DNA of 63,998 nucleotides, counting the filler, from Octopus bimaculoides (Eukaryota): the NCBI RefSeq assembly GCF_001194135.2. It is 3 parts of 3 records of this genome, joined end to end, with 100 filler letters (N's around TTAATTAATTAA, not from the genome) between each part and the next. Parts side by side here need not be neighbours in the genome. Positions count along the whole stretch, not along the records: positions 1 to 28,872 come from NC_068982.1; 2 more parts are not named here. One strand, given 5' to 3'. The notes beneath the pieces were generated by a model. The model was not told the origin of the DNA, did no database searches, and saw only the letters and a program-made list of their open reading frames with translations. This document shows positions 15,061-28,972 of this stretch, piece by piece. A program made the position numbers and the translations under genes. Position 1 is the stretch's first letter; each line of letters opens with the position of its first letter.

Positions 15061-15773
15061 AGTTTCTTTCAGTTTCCCTCTAGCAAATCCACTCACAGAG
15101 TTAGTTAAAAACACTTACCCCAGTGAGACAGAACCAGAAACCATGCAGCTGGGACGCAAATTTCTTACAACATAGCCAGGCTGACAGCTTAGTGGTGTTT
15201 ACACAAATCAAATTTTGCAACACAAATGAGTCAATGAAGGAAGTATTAAGACAGTTATTCAAGTCTCCTCAAATCACTGACCACCAGTAAACATTTTACA
15301 ATGTAGTTCTGGAATGAATGTGCCTCCAAATAAAAATAGGATAGTCAGTGCAGGAATGTCTTTGTTCGGCTGACTGAAGGCTAAACACCAAACAACAAAC
15401 AAAGTAAAATGCATACAATGGGAAACAAAGTGAATCGTGAAATATACTCACTGAAAGCAAACCTCTAACTCTATGACATCTACCCAGCTATACTAAAAGT
15501 CAAGTGATGACTTAATACAATGTGAACTCATCACTTGAGTGTGTTTTTGTACCAATATGCAAAGCCAGTATAAAAGAAATTGATAAGAAGTGCCTACATT
15601 TTCTTTGTTGATGGCTTAGTTAGTCCACATTCCTCTCTAAGGATGATAGGGCCAGTTTCCCAGTTTCTCTGGGGTATATATTCCTTCCTGGACAGGATAC
15701 CAGCCCATCACAGGATTACTCACTTAACAATCTGAATGGACGGGAGCAATGTTTTGCTCAAGAAGACAACACA

Positions 15774-16004
15774 AAGGCGACGAGCTGGCAGAAACGCTAG
15801 CACGCCGGGTGAAATGATCAGCAGTATTTCGTTTGCCGTTACGTTCTGAGTTCAAATTCCGCCGAGGTCAACTTTGCCTTTCATCCTTTCGGGGCCGATA
15901 AATTAAGTACCAGTTACGGACTGGGTCGATGTAATCGACTTAATCCCTTTGTCTGTCTTTGTTTGTCCCCTCTATGTTTAGCTCCTTGTGGGCAATAAAG
16001 AAAT
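15774..16004 (+). mobile_element. tRNA-derived SINE with GCCTTTCATCCTTTCGGGG-type central domain (possibly MetaSINE-type), young copy
   Basis: GTTCTGAGTTCAAATTCC B-box-like motif and 11-bp TSD AAGACAACACA at 15763-73 and 16005-15. Many older copies occur, e.g. near 7280, 9370, 20730, 21710, 21900, 27380, 37140, 55450, 57840, 60410, 60690. Confidence 0.85.
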
Positions 16005-19000
16005 AAGACAACACATTGCCCAGTCCAGGAATCAAAACCACAATCTTATCAAGAGTTCAACAACCTAACCATTAAGTCATGCACCTCCACTATTTACTTG
16101 TTGATGGCTTGGTGTAATTTATGTTTCATTCATTTTTTTACATCAGTTTTTCCATACTAGCAAGGGTTATATGAATATAACGTATTATTTAAGCAATATT
16201 TTACAACTGGGTGCCCTTTCTCTCATTAACCATTTCCTGTTTTTCAAGTAAGAGGTCTCTTATACCATACATATTCGAAAGTGTAGAGCCAGCAGATGAT
16301 TTATAAACAGGGACATGGCAACAAACTTTACCACACAATGAATTTTATTTTCATGTGAAGGGCACGGGATATAAATACTTGCATGCACACACACACACAC
16401 ATAACAGGCTTCATACAGTCTCCATCTATCAAATTTATGCAAAAGGCATTGACTGGCCTTAAGCTACAAGAGAAACACTTGCCCAAGGTGCTGTGCAGTG
16501 GGACTGAACCCAAAACAAGGTGAATGAGAAGCAAATTTCTTAACTACATTTTTAAAAGATGCATAAAACCAACACAGGAGATATTAAGACAGAAAAATCA
16601 AAATATTACTCAGAACAAAAGTAAACTTTGACGTGTACTTGTATTTGTTAAACATTTTTTATAGGTTAGTCATGAGAAGAAGCTCTGTGCCTATGATTCT
16701 TTTCAGAAACAGGTGGGAAGGTGTTCTCTTTCAGGCCTAAGTTCTAAACCAAATGCTTTGCAATGGGGTGTAATCAATTAAAAGTATCCATATGTATGAA
16801 GAGAGATAAAGTGACATAAAAATATTGTTTCATGTTTTACATAGCCCTGAGGTTAAAAAGTTCACTTCACAACCACATACATCTACAATCGCCTTGGGTT
16901 TACCAATACCATCTTGAGTTGAAGTTCATAGATAGAAAATGCAGAAAACCAGCGCGCACGCACACACACACACACACACACGTTACTGGGTATATCCCAT
17001 CTTTAGAATAGATACACAGCATCTCTGAATGTTATAAGAGGCAACTAAGAGAGTTGGTCACAGGAAGGACATCTGGTTACTAAACACTACCTCAAAAAAA
17101 AAAAGCCCCAAAAAATTGTCCAACCCATGCCAGCATGGAAAAGTCATGTAAAAATTCTGATGGTGATGATGTATGTCTATATAAAATTTGATGTGTCTGA
17201 AAAGTGTAACTGATGTTGTGTCAAGAGCATAACTTAGCAATTTGACAAATACAGATCAAAAAACTAAATACCAGACTAAGACTGGGGTCCATACCAGGAT
17301 AATTACCCCACTAGGACAATTCCCCCCACCCACGACAACTACCCCCTAGGACAATTATCACTTCACCCCCAGTTAATTACCCTCCTCTCCAATATATTAA
17401 GTTTTAAATCATTTGTTGTCCTCAAGGGTAAATGTCCTAGACTCACAGAGGTCAATGTGATCAACGTAACTCTTGAAAGGAAGTCCATTGACTGAAAAGG
17501 AGGATATGGAATGCATGTCTTTTCATTTATTATGTCAAGTTACATTAGTCACTGATAAACAATTTCTAGATCAAAACATACTGGAAGTAAAGCTGGCAAA
17601 AACGAAATTCCTATGAGCTACTAGTAAGGTTCGAATATACAGATATATTTAGAGAGGCATGTCAAAGATCTATGAAAGTGAAGTTAGAACAGAGCTAACT
17701 ATATTTAGGGAAGTATGTCAAAGAAACATGGTGTAACATTACAATGGGAGATATATTTAGTAAAGAGTGACAACATAAGTAAGACTTTATTAGACTTTTA
17801 TTTTTCATACAACTGTGTTGGAAAGGAACACAGCAAACAGAAATATTTAAGGAACGTGATAATGAAATTGGGTAAGAAAATCACATGAGAATATTACATG
17901 GCTGATGATGCAAATGAAATAATCAGTGCTTAGTATAACTAGATTACAGAGAAAGGGAAACTTCTAAAACAAAACTATAAAGATATTCTATCCGGAGTCC
18001 ACCTGTTTAAAAGATTTATATATAGAATAGAGATGTGGGAATAAAGCAAAAATTTACAGAATATACTGAGACAGCTGTTTGACTGTCAGTGATTGTTGTG
18101 GAAAGTATTTATTAAAGAATAGTAGTGTTCAAATCAGACTAACCATGGGAACTTGAAGCAAAATAACTGTTAAATATTAATGATAATATTAGCAAGAGAA
18201 ATAATGAGGAGAGTGATCATAGTAGTGGTGGTGGTGATGGTACTAATGTTGATAATGATGTTGATTAAGTAGGAGGCATTTGTGGTGGCAACAGAGAAAG
18301 GAGAGCTACATTAATACTTTCTTAACATTGACAAAAGGTTATTTTGGGAAAAAGTACAATGACAATTGAATCAAACACATTACTTATATTTTATGAACAG
18401 CAAAAGAAAAGAAAAAGTGAAGATGACAGCAGAAGGTTATTTGACTGCAGAATGATACAGAACTATACTAAACACCATAAATATATATATATTGTCAATG
18501 AATTAAATTCATTTTACTATAATGAATTTGTTTTTGGCTGTAGACAACAGATTACAAACTACAAGTCTAACAAGCAGATTTGGTACATGAACAGAAAAGG
18601 AAATGAGTGGCTTTGAAATTATAAATGATAATAGAAAAGAAAAGAAAAGAATTGATGCTTATATAAAAAAATAAAACTATATAGTCTCACTATATGCTCC
18701 ATCAATAAAGAACCTACTGTTTTATTTTTCTTTCCTATTAAATTTGTTTAAACTATAAACTACAACTAGTCTTATGTCTTTCAGCATGCCAAAACAGCAA
18801 CTTATGTCTGTGGAAATCTTTTTAACTTTTATCTCATACTTGTTACAGTCATTAGACCGTGGCCTTGCTGCAGCACTGACTTGAAAAATTTTAATCAAAT
18901 GAATCAACCCCAGTACTTGGTTGTTTTTTTCTTTTGGGTGGGGGGGTTAAGCTTGGTACTACTTTATCAGTCTCTTTTGCCAAACTACTAAATTAGAGAT

Positions 19001-20958
19001 GTAAACACACAAACACAGTTGTCAAGTAATGGTGGGGACAAACAATCACACACACACACAATGGACTTCTTCAGTTTCCATCTACCAAATTCAATCACGA
19101 GTCCAGCTGGCCTGGGGCTGTAGCAGAAGATACTTTCCAGGTTACCATGCAATAGAACTGATCCCTAAACCATGTGGTTGAGAAGGAAGCAAACTTCTAA
19201 CCACACAGCCATGCTTGCTATGACAAAAAAAAAACAAAAAAAAACAGCAAAATATCTAAAAGCAGACGTTTTTTTACAGACATTACCTTGGGACCATACT
19301 AAGAATTTCTTGGCCCAACCACATCCTAACTGAAGGGGTTTTGAAAAGGGCCAGGCCGAATAACTTGGCATCAAAGAGAAGATGGCAGAAGATTTTTGGC
19401 TATGTACTACACATGCCCATGAACAGGCCACTGAAGGTTTCTACTGAGTGGAAACCAGAAAGTGAGAGAACATATGATGTGAGGCAGATCTGTTGTGACT
19501 TAGTTGAGGAACAAGGAAGAAGACCTAGCAGATATGGGCCCAGCCTAAGAGCAGACTCTTAATAGAACTTATGATCATGCTGAGTGGAGATTCTCTTGTT
19601 GCTCGATGCCCCATGAAAAGGAGGAGGAACTAAGACCAAGAGCAACAAGATAAAATTACATCTGTGATGTTGCATGGAAACATAAGTGACAGACAAAATA
19701 ACATTGTGATCTCTTCAGCTTGTTGGTCATATATGTTGTCTAATCTTTGTTTTACAACTCAATGTTTCTGTCCACTACTGAATGCATGCATAAAACATCT
19801 GTCCTGTGTCGTTCCATTTATATAGCAGCATATGTTCTACTGTCATCTCTTGCTTTATCTATATTGTGCACACCCTTCATTCCAATTGCTTTATAAGTCT
19901 TTCCTTCTCTTTCTTCCTCTCATTTTTTCACCATTTCTGCACAGGCATGCACAATCATGTAACAGAATTTATCTGAAACTGATATGAAAATGTGTTAGCA
20001 ATTATATACTAAAGCCATATCATTATTAAATAAGAGAGATAACCAACCACTCTTATTTGATACAACTTATCCATGTAGTTGTTGAAGAGGTTCAAAGTGT
20101 TTGCAAAAGTAATGATTGCCAATTATTTTCCTTAATTAGAAATGAAATTAAGAATAGAGGGACAGTTAGAAAGTTTTTTAAAAATAAAAAAGAATATTTT
20201 GAAACGTAAACTATTTAAAAGAGAGTGGAGAGACTAAAGTATGTGAAATAGAGATAGAGCAAATGTGAAGAACATTAAACAGAGACAAAACTGAAAATAT
20301 CAATGTAACATGTTATTTAATTAAAGATAACAGTGGATGTAACACCACAACTCTTATTTATTTTCATATCATTAATCATATTCTATTAGTTTTGTAAACC
20401 ATACACAACTGCTTTTTTTTTATATATATATTTACACTAATTAAATCTAATTTTCTATTAAAGAAAAAAACCAGAAACATTTAGAAATAAACATACAAAC
20501 TAAAATCCAAATCAACATTGTTATTTTAAATTCATAAAACTATTTCTCTAGTTAATTTCTAAATAGAGAACAGGCTTCTTAATTAAAGATTCCATCCTCT
20601 CAACACATCATGTTATGTCATGTGCCAGCAAATACAACTGAAAATATCATTTTAGACAAAGAATGGCTTGTATGTACTCTTGAATAAGCTAGCTGAACAC
20701 CAATGGAACAACAACAACAATCCTTTCTTCCATAGGCACAAGGTTGAGAATCTTGCAGGGAGCAGATAGTCAATTACACTGATGCCAATGTTGAACTTGT
20801 ACTTATTTTTATCAACCCCAAAAGGATGAAAAGCATGGTGGCATTTGAACTCTCGGAATGTAAAAACAAACAAAATGTTGTTATATATTTTGCCTGTCAT
20901 GCTAACGGTTCTACCAGCTCACTGCATTAATAATAATAATCCTTTCTACTATAGCAGT

Positions 20959-21342
20959 AGGAGGCGCAATGGCCCAGTGGTTAGGTCAGCGGACTCGCGA
21001 TCATAGGATTGCAGTTTCGATTCCGAGACCGGGCGTTGTGAGTGTTTATTGACCAAAAACACCTAAAGCTCCACGAGGCTCCGGCAGGGGATGGTGGCGA
21101 ACCCTGCTGTACTCTTTCACCACCACTTTCTCTCACTCTTACTTCCTGTTTCTGTTGTGCCTGTAATTCAAAGGGTCAGCCTTGTCACATTGTGTCACGC
21201 TGAATATCCCCAAGAACTACGTTAAGGGTACACGTGTCTGTGGAGTGCTCAGCCACTTGCACGTTAATTTCACGAGCAGGCTGTTCCGTTGATCAGATCA
21301 ACTGGAACCCTCGTCGTCGTAAGCGACGGAGTGCCAACAACA
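20959..21342 (+). mobile_element. tRNA-derived SINE (Arg-like head), young copy
   Basis: A box TGGCCCAGTGG, TCG anticodon-like loop, B box GTTTCGATTCC, (CAA)n tail, 11-bp TSD ACTATAGCAGT at 20948-58 and 21343-53. Older relatives lie near 35870-36200 and 61000-61290. Confidence 0.85.
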
Positions 21343-21349
21343 ACTATAG

Positions 21350-21702
21350 CAGTGGTTCTCAACCAGGGTCCATATGGCCCTTGAGAGTCCACATAAGATT
21401 TTTGGGGGTTCATGCAACATAATAGTAAATTGAGGATCCAGAATAGTATGTCATGAGTCCCTGAAAAAGTTTTGCTTTAGATATTTGTATTGGTATGTAT
21501 TGCAAGAAACCGCGAGGTTTCATTCTCCGACATTTTACATAGTTCAACCTACACAAAATTTGTGTGTGTGAAACAAAATAGGAATTTTGAAAGAAGTTTC
21601 TATAAAACTAGTTTTTAAACATGGAATGACCATGGGGTTCCACCAGGAAAGAATAGTAATCAAAGGGGTCCAAAGATAAAAAAAAATGGTTGAGAATCCC
21701 TG
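21350..21702. mobile_element. hAT-type MITE
   Basis: TIR CAGTGGTTCTCAACC / GGTTGAGAATCCCTG (13 of 15 match); 8-bp TSD TACTATAG (20947-54) / TACTATAA (21703-10). Confidence 0.8.
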
Positions 21703-22120
21703 TACTATAAGGCACAAGGCCTGAAATTTAGGGGAAGAGGACTAGTTAATTACATCAACCTGCGTTTCACTGATACTTAATTAATCAATCCAGAAAGGAT
21801 GAAAGACAAAGTCAACCTCAAAATATATCAACAGATGAAATACCGCTAAGCATTTTGCCCGGCATGCTAACAACTCTACCAGCTCGCCACCTTCATAATA
21901 AAAATAATCCTTTCTGCTATGGGCACAAGGCCTGACATTTTGGGGGAGGCGACTAGTCAATTACATCAACCCCAATGTTTCACTGGTACTTAATTTATTG
22001 ACCCTGAAAGGATGAAAGGCAAAGTCGACCTCAGCGGAATTTGAACTCAGAACATAGCAACTGGCGAAATACCGCTAAGCATTTCACCTGACGTACTAAC
22101 AATTCTATCAGCACGCTACC

Positions 22121-22162
<42 letters not shown>

Positions 22163-23171
22163 GTAATAATAATCAGTTTGAGCTTTCTAAACCTAAGAAT
22201 TAAAAATTATATACTTTAAAGTAGTTGAACTGGAATTTTACTATGACAAGCTTTTTCCAACAACTTTCTTTTTCTTCTCATAAACAGAAACACCTTTTGA
22301 TGTTCTGTGTATGAAAAATCATAGGAATGTATTAAATTTTTACACAAATATTTCTTTGAACTCTTAAATGAATGACTTCAAATAAATTACTATTCTTGAG
22401 TAGTAAATGAGATGTAAGAGAAAGATGAAAAATTACATCTCAATGGATGAAATTATGAATGTAGGTAGAAACAAAGCTAAAAGGGACAGAGTTTGTCATA
22501 TTCGTTGATTAATTCCTTATAGTGCCTTTTATAAATAATATCTGCCCTCTAATAACTTCAGTGAAATTAATGAAAGATTGATCTAATGAAAGACTGATAT
22601 ATATCATTCTTTCATATCATGGATGAAAAATTTGCTGTTAAAGAGCACCACTACTATTGCGATGTGTACTGTCAGGACCATACCCTCCAAACCATATACC
22701 TCTTAAATTTGGGTTCTGTAATTTTTCTCACTCTTCTTTCTGAAACATCTGCTCTCCTCTCTCATAAAACACACACACACACACCTATACAGATAATTCC
22801 AATCTTTTTAACGTTTCATAAGTAGAAGTCACTGGTATGCAACTTAAATGCTACGTTCTAGATATGCACTAGCTCCTTTAACAATGATCTTGAAAATATT
22901 TCTAAATGGGAGATATGACAACCTTATCTCTTTCAACAGTACAAGGATACAATATATCAAGGAAACAGACTGTACACTTCACGCTCTTGAGACATGAACA
23001 ATACACAACTAAAACTTTCAAAGTTATAATGAATACTAATTGTCATAATCATTGATGATTTTTCATAGCAGTCCACATAATCAACATCACTAATACCATA
23101 CTACAAAGACTCGTGCTCTTCAGGGACAAGTCATATTACAGTCTTAATCATTTACTGAACCTTTATAGAAC

Positions 23172-23390
23172 TTAACCCTTTAGCATTTAAAGTGGCCCAT
23201 TAACCAACCCAAATATTCTACCTGTTTTATATTCAAACCAGGCAAGTCTCGCCTCTCACACTTATTCAACAATGTCATTTTATAAATAAACAATCATATC
23301 ATTGAACTGTTGAGGCTACAAGACAATGCCTAATAATGTGAATAAATAAGCATTCTATTTGACAGAGTAATTTAAATGCTAAATAGTTAA
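23172..23390. mobile_element. piggyBac-type MITE
   Basis: TTAACCCTTTAGCATTTA...TAAATGCTAAATAGTTAA, TTAA ends with TIR. Confidence 0.7.
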
Positions 23391-23740
23391 ATAAGATCCA
23401 CAAAGGAGTGTAGCTCCTATCTATGGATTGTTGTTCTTGTACACATACAAACATTTGACTGATTTATAATGGTATATGCTGCAATCACTGGCTCACAGAT
23501 GCACTGTTTCTTGTCTTTGCGTCTTCTGTCACAACTGGAGAGGTTATCACCCTACTGAAATAACTAGCTTAGAGGTAGCTACTTTATCCAAACCTAATTA
23601 ACTTTCCTTAACATCTTTCTTTCTCGCCACATCTTCATTGTGCCTGCCAGACCATAAACTAAATTTTTCACTCCATCCTTCCTTTTTAGACAACTGTCTG
23701 AAATTCCCTTCATGCCAACTCTTATCCAGCAAGTAGTCAA

Positions 23741-24118
23741 CATCATCGTTTAACGTCCGCTTTCCATGCTAGCATGGGTTGGACGATTTGACTGAGGACT
23801 GGTGAACCAGATGGCTACACCAGGCTCCAATCTGATTTGGCAGAGTTTCTACAGCTGGATGCCCTTCCTAACACCAACCACATCGAGAGTGTAGTGGGTG
23901 CTTATACATGCCACAGGCTCGAAGGCCAGTCAGGCAGTATTGGCAACGGCCACGCTCAAAATGATGTGTTTTACGTGTCACCTGCACAGGAGCCAGTCCA
24001 GCCACACTGGCAACGATCTCGCTCAAATGCCTTTACATGTGACACCGGCACAAGTGCCAGGAAGGCGACACTGGGCACAGGTGCCATCACGATTTCGCTT
24101 TCGCTTGCCCCAACAGGT
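23741..24118 (-). mobile_element. RTE-tail repeat family copy
   Basis: Begins CATCATCGTTTAACGTCCGCTTTCCATGCTAGCATGGG; highly similar to other copies. Confidence 0.85.
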
Positions 24119-24403
24119 ATCTGCAAAAGTTAAAGCTAACTATCAACTCTATCAATATAACAAGTCTAGGAAGGCCTGTGAAGGCCATAGGCACTACTAT
24201 CCTGTTATGAGTAAATTATAAAGAAAAAAAACATTTGAACCAGCTATTAGTTTATTATAAATTATGATGATGATGATGATGTTTAAGGTTGAATTTTAAA
24301 ATGATTACTGAATATTTCATTAAGATTACTTTTAATATTATATTCCACACTGTTTTAAATAGAGGAAAATATATACAAAAACACAATGAAAGAAAATACT
24401 TAC

Positions 24404-24533
24404 CAAAAACCTCAAGAACTGCACTTGCTGTATCACATCCCTGATCATTTTCAACAATACATATGTAAATTCCAGCATCTGAGAGCTCAACTATGTTAAT
24501 TTCCAAATAGTTAAAGTCCAATGATTGGTAAAG
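24404..24533 (-). CDS. Exon of Ig-repeat protein; E-F-G strands of an I-set domain
   Basis: Long polypyrimidine tract plus cacag acceptor, gtaagt donor, 130 nt, phase 0-1. Encodes LYQSLDFNYLEINIVELSDAGIYICIVENDQGCDTASAVLEVF. Joins 4682 in frame across a ~19.7-kb intron. Confidence 0.85.
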
Positions 24534-25470
24534 CTGTGAGTGTTAAAAAAAAATACACAGTTCAAATGAAAAAAAACTAACACAATTGGCAAGAAAAAAA
24601 AAAGAAAAAACAAATGGATTAGTAATTCAATTAGTTTTAGACTTACTTTCTTTTTGGTTCAAGCTTAGCTAAGGTTGAACAGTAAATATGGGTTTGTGTT
24701 TTTTTTTTTATATATTTTCCCTTCTGAATAAAAATTAAATAAAAAATAATAGCCAAGAGGAAATTGAACTTGTACCTTCTTTATTGACACCTTTGTGTAT
24801 ATATATGACTATGCTATAAATCTTATGAATAATATTCACTTGTTTTTTACTATTTTATTTTCTAAGTCTTTGTTCAAAGCATGTGATTTTTATGTGAAAA
24901 ACTACATGTTTCAGCCTTGAGATTTGAAATTAAACTAAATTCTTTATCACCAAATATAAAAAAAAATCTAGATTGCCAATGAGAAAATTAATATTTTAAA
25001 CGATGGAATATGCTCTACTTAACTCTATGGCCCAAAGTAACTACAAAGAGATATTTCATAGAAACAGATGTTTTCAATTTATTCTCTTTTTAATTACTAG
25101 ATCTTATAATTGTATGTAATATATAATATTGAAATTGATCATTAAAAACAGAAAATATGAATATCTGATGCATTAAATTTAAAATATCACATTCCTGAAA
25201 GTAAGTAGATACCTGAAAAATCCTTCTTTTAAGTTTACTGTCATTCAAGTTATAAAGTTGTCAAAACTTAATTCTATTAATAATACAGAGTTAACAACTT
25301 TATTTTCAAGCACAAGACACTCTACAATAAACAGACAAACATGGATCCTTAGAACTTGATTCCATTATGTTACTAACAATGGAATCAATGCCAATACCAG
25401 AATTCAAGAATGCACTAATCCTCAGCACTAACAATAATTTCTCCTTATTGTTTCTTATTCTGATACTATA

Positions 25471-25853
25471 CTCTTTACTCTTTTACTTGTTTCAGTCATT
25501 TGACTGCGGCCATGCTGGAGCACCACCTTCAGTTGACAAAATCGACCCCAGGACTTATTCTTTGTAAGCTTAGTACTTATTCTATTGGTCTCTCTTTGCC
25601 GAACCGCTAAGTTGCGGGGATGCAAACACACCAGCATCGGTTGTCAGGCGATGGTGGGGGGACAAACACAGACACACAAACATATATACGACGGGCTTCT
25701 TTCAGGTTCCGTCTACCAAATCCACTCACAAGGCTTTGATCGGCCCGAGGCTATAGGAGAAGACATTTGCCCAAGGTGCCACGCAGTGGGACTGAACCTG
25801 GAACCATGTGGTTGGTAAGCAAGCTACTTACCACACAGCCATTCCTGCACCTA
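25471..25853 (-). mobile_element. tRNA-derived SINE with CORE-like block (CACCTTGGGCAAGTGTCTT), representative copy
   Basis: Head GGAATGGCTGTGTGGTAAG..GGTTCAGTCCC, internal microsatellite, AAAAGAGTAAAGAG tail. Further copies near 100, 5740, 28500, 31400, 35110, 37500, 52770, 57000, 59610, 62810, 63800. Confidence 0.8.
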
Positions 25854-26734
25854 TAGTGACTTCTGCTCTTATGAATTAACTGCATACCTTCATTATTCAA
25901 TCCCAATTGACCCAACCATCTCTCCTTCTCCCAACATCACTGTGTCTTACCTGCCAGGCTAAATTCTTTGCTCAGCCCCCTATAATTCACACTAAGGCCT
26001 TAGTATTAATTTATTCTCCCAGATGAACATATGCAATGTTAGTCGCAAAGTTCACCTTTCTGATAAACAATACTGCACACTGTCCTAACACAATACAATG
26101 GAAAAAAACTTATATGTTTGAATACGAGTTGCTGGTATCTCAGCCGATATATTTCTTAAATGTGTCTAAACTTCTAATTTCAAAGATAACATACTCAGTG
26201 CACAGATTACATGAATAGTTTGTAGATTTAACTTAAAAAGCCATGCAACTGTGAAATATGAAAATACTGACTTCGAAGCTTACAAGACTCAACATGAGGG
26301 ACAGAATAAGTTATTGGATTACAAATACATGTATCAGGACTTCAAATCTATCACAGACATCTTGTTTAGTCTCTGGGTAGAGCAGTTTATTCTATATGAC
26401 TATTCACCTGTCAGAAACAGGTACCAACAGTTCTGGTGAAAATTATTGGTAATAGACTAGTTTCTTAGGCATTAAGTCTCACTTAACACCATAGAAACTA
26501 GAGATAAGTTCCATCCTATGAACAGTTGAGGTTCGTGAAGAGATTTAATTCACAAGGCCAACTTAGTGTCAATCCTGAAATGGTTAACAATTTTTGCCCC
26601 TACAAATTATTGACACTTAATACACTTTTCAACAGTATACAGATAATCGAATGTTCAATCAATCTATGGGTAACTTGATCAGTTAGCAGTTGGATATAAT
26701 TAAGTCCAACAGATGTTGATTTAGAAATACATAA

Positions 26735-26768
<34 letters not shown>

Positions 26769-26910
26769 ATGCTGACTTTCTATATATATCAGTCACCATC
26801 TGTCGAACTAAATTATATCCTGCAATCCTGCATGTGTGTGTGTGTGTGTTTGTTTGTTCCTCAGTCAACATCTGTTGGAGTAAATTAGATCTTGCAAGTG
26901 GGTGTGTGTG

Positions 26911-26946
<36 letters not shown>

Positions 26947-28841
26947 AAGAGAAAGAAAATTAGAAGATTCCTAACATCTAGTTGATTTTGTGCAACACTG
27001 TAGAAGTTATATTCCAGTTAAATAATTGTTGTTGTTGTTTGGCCCCAAACCAACCCTGAACAAGTAAATCTATTAAAAGGTGTTCCAGCTATGTTCACCC
27101 TATCATTTTTCAGTTACTGTGTTTCAAGGACTTTGTCAGTCAATATACTAAGTTTATCTTTTATCCTTCACTTGTTTCAGTCACTGGACTGCAGCCATAC
27201 TGGGATTAGTCAAACAAGCTGACCCCAATATTTATTTTTTTAAGTCTGGAATAAATCTATCGGTCTCTTTTGCCAAACTGCTGAGTTATAGGGACGTAAA
27301 CAAACTAACACTGGTTGTTAAGAGTGGTTGGGAACCAAACACAAACACACATATATGATATCCTTTCTATTATAGACACAGGGTGTGAAATTTCGAGAGA
27401 GGGGGCTAGTCGATTACATCTGCCCCAGTATTCAACTGGTACTTATTTAATCAACCACAGAAAGAGAAGAGGTAAAGTCGACCTCAGCAGAATTCAAACT
27501 CCCAGACAAAATACCATTAAACATCTTGTTTGGTGTGCTAACGATTCTGCCAGTTCATTGCCTTGCACACACACATCATCATCATCATTGTTTAACGTCC
27601 GCTTTCCATGCTAGCATGGGTTGGACGATTTGACTGAGGACTGGTGAAACCAGATGGCTACACCAGGCTCCAATCTGATATATATATATATATCNNNNNN
27701 NNNNNNNNNNNNNNNNNNNNNNNNNNNNNNNNNNNNNNNNNNNNNNNNNNNNNNNNNNNNNNNNNNNNNNNNNNNNNNNNNNNNNNNNNNNNNNNNNNNN
27801 NNNNNNNNNNNNNNNNNNNNNNNNNNNNNNNNNNNNNNNNNNNNNNNNNNNNNNNNNNNNNNNNNNNNNNNNNNNNNNNNNNNNNNNNNNNNNNNNNNNN
27901 NNNNNNNNNNNNNNNNNNNNGCACACACACATCATCATCATCATTGTTTAACGTCCGCTTTCCATGCTAGCATGGGTTGGACGATTTGACTGAGGACTGG
28001 TGAAACCAGATGGCTACACCAGGCTCCAATCTGATATATATATATATATCAGCTTCCTGACATATACTTTTCCATACTTGCAGATGAAGTTTATTAAAGC
28101 AGATTTTCAATGGCTGGATGCCCTCCCTGTCACTAACTCTCACCTATATCCAAGTAAGGTGGAAACAAATTACTGCTTGTACGATAATGATACTAATTTA
28201 CAACTATCATAATGTCAAGGCAAGGGGTTATAAACTAAAACACATAAACCAACATCATATAAATATATATATATAAAAGTGGAACAAAAACGCAATAGAG
28301 GGCATTAAAACGTTCGGACGATAGATGACACAAAGGAGGACAAGAGAAACAACAATTAGAAGGACAGGCAAAAAAGAAAAGGTCATTTTTGGTTTTCTTT
28401 CTTCAGTTAAGTACAAGAAGTCACGACCATTTCAGAAAGTTACACTTGAGTTGGTTCGATCTGGTTGTTCCCAAAAACGTCTAAGCTAAGAGCATTAGAC
28501 CCCATGCAGGAGTGGCTGCATGGTAAGAAGCTTGCTTACCAACCACATGGCACCTTGAGCAAGTGTCTTCTACTATAGCCTCAGGCTGACCAAAGCTTTG
28601 TGAGTGGATATGGGAGATGGAAACTGAAGAAGGCCATCATATATATATATATATTTTTTCATGTGTCTGTGTTTGTCCCCACCACCACCACTTGACAACC
28701 AATGTTGGTGTCCTTGTAACTTAGTGGTTCGGCAAAAGTGACTGATAGAATAACTACTAGGCTTACAAAGAATATGTCCTGGAGTCGATTTGTTTGACTA
28801 AAAGGGGTGCTCCAGCATGACTGCAGTCAAATGATTGAAAC

Positions 28842-28872
<31 letters not shown>

Positions 28873-28972
28873 NNNNNNNNNNNNNNNNNNNNNNNNNNNN
28901 NNNNNNNNNNNNNNNNTTAATTAATTAANNNNNNNNNNNNNNNNNNNNNNNNNNNNNNNNNNNNNNNNNNNN
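28873..28972. other. Artificial scaffold spacer N44-TTAATTAATTAA-N44
   Basis: Exactly 100 bp with a palindromic all-frame-stop 12-mer in the centre; identical to 59833-59932. Confidence 0.9.

Noticed and set aside
20962-21035. tRNA-Arg(TCG)-like sequence
   Set aside because: It is the head of a SINE with body, tail and TSD, and has no proper acceptor stem.
23837-24133. Recurrent ORFs MAEFLQLDALPNANH... (also 14722, 33381, 34417, 43347, 56770)
   Set aside because: They are antisense translations of the repeated RTE 3' UTR, not a gene family.
28917-28928. Palindrome TTAATTAATTAA as a biological motif
   Set aside because: It is centred in exactly 100-bp N-padded spacers twice; an assembly linker.
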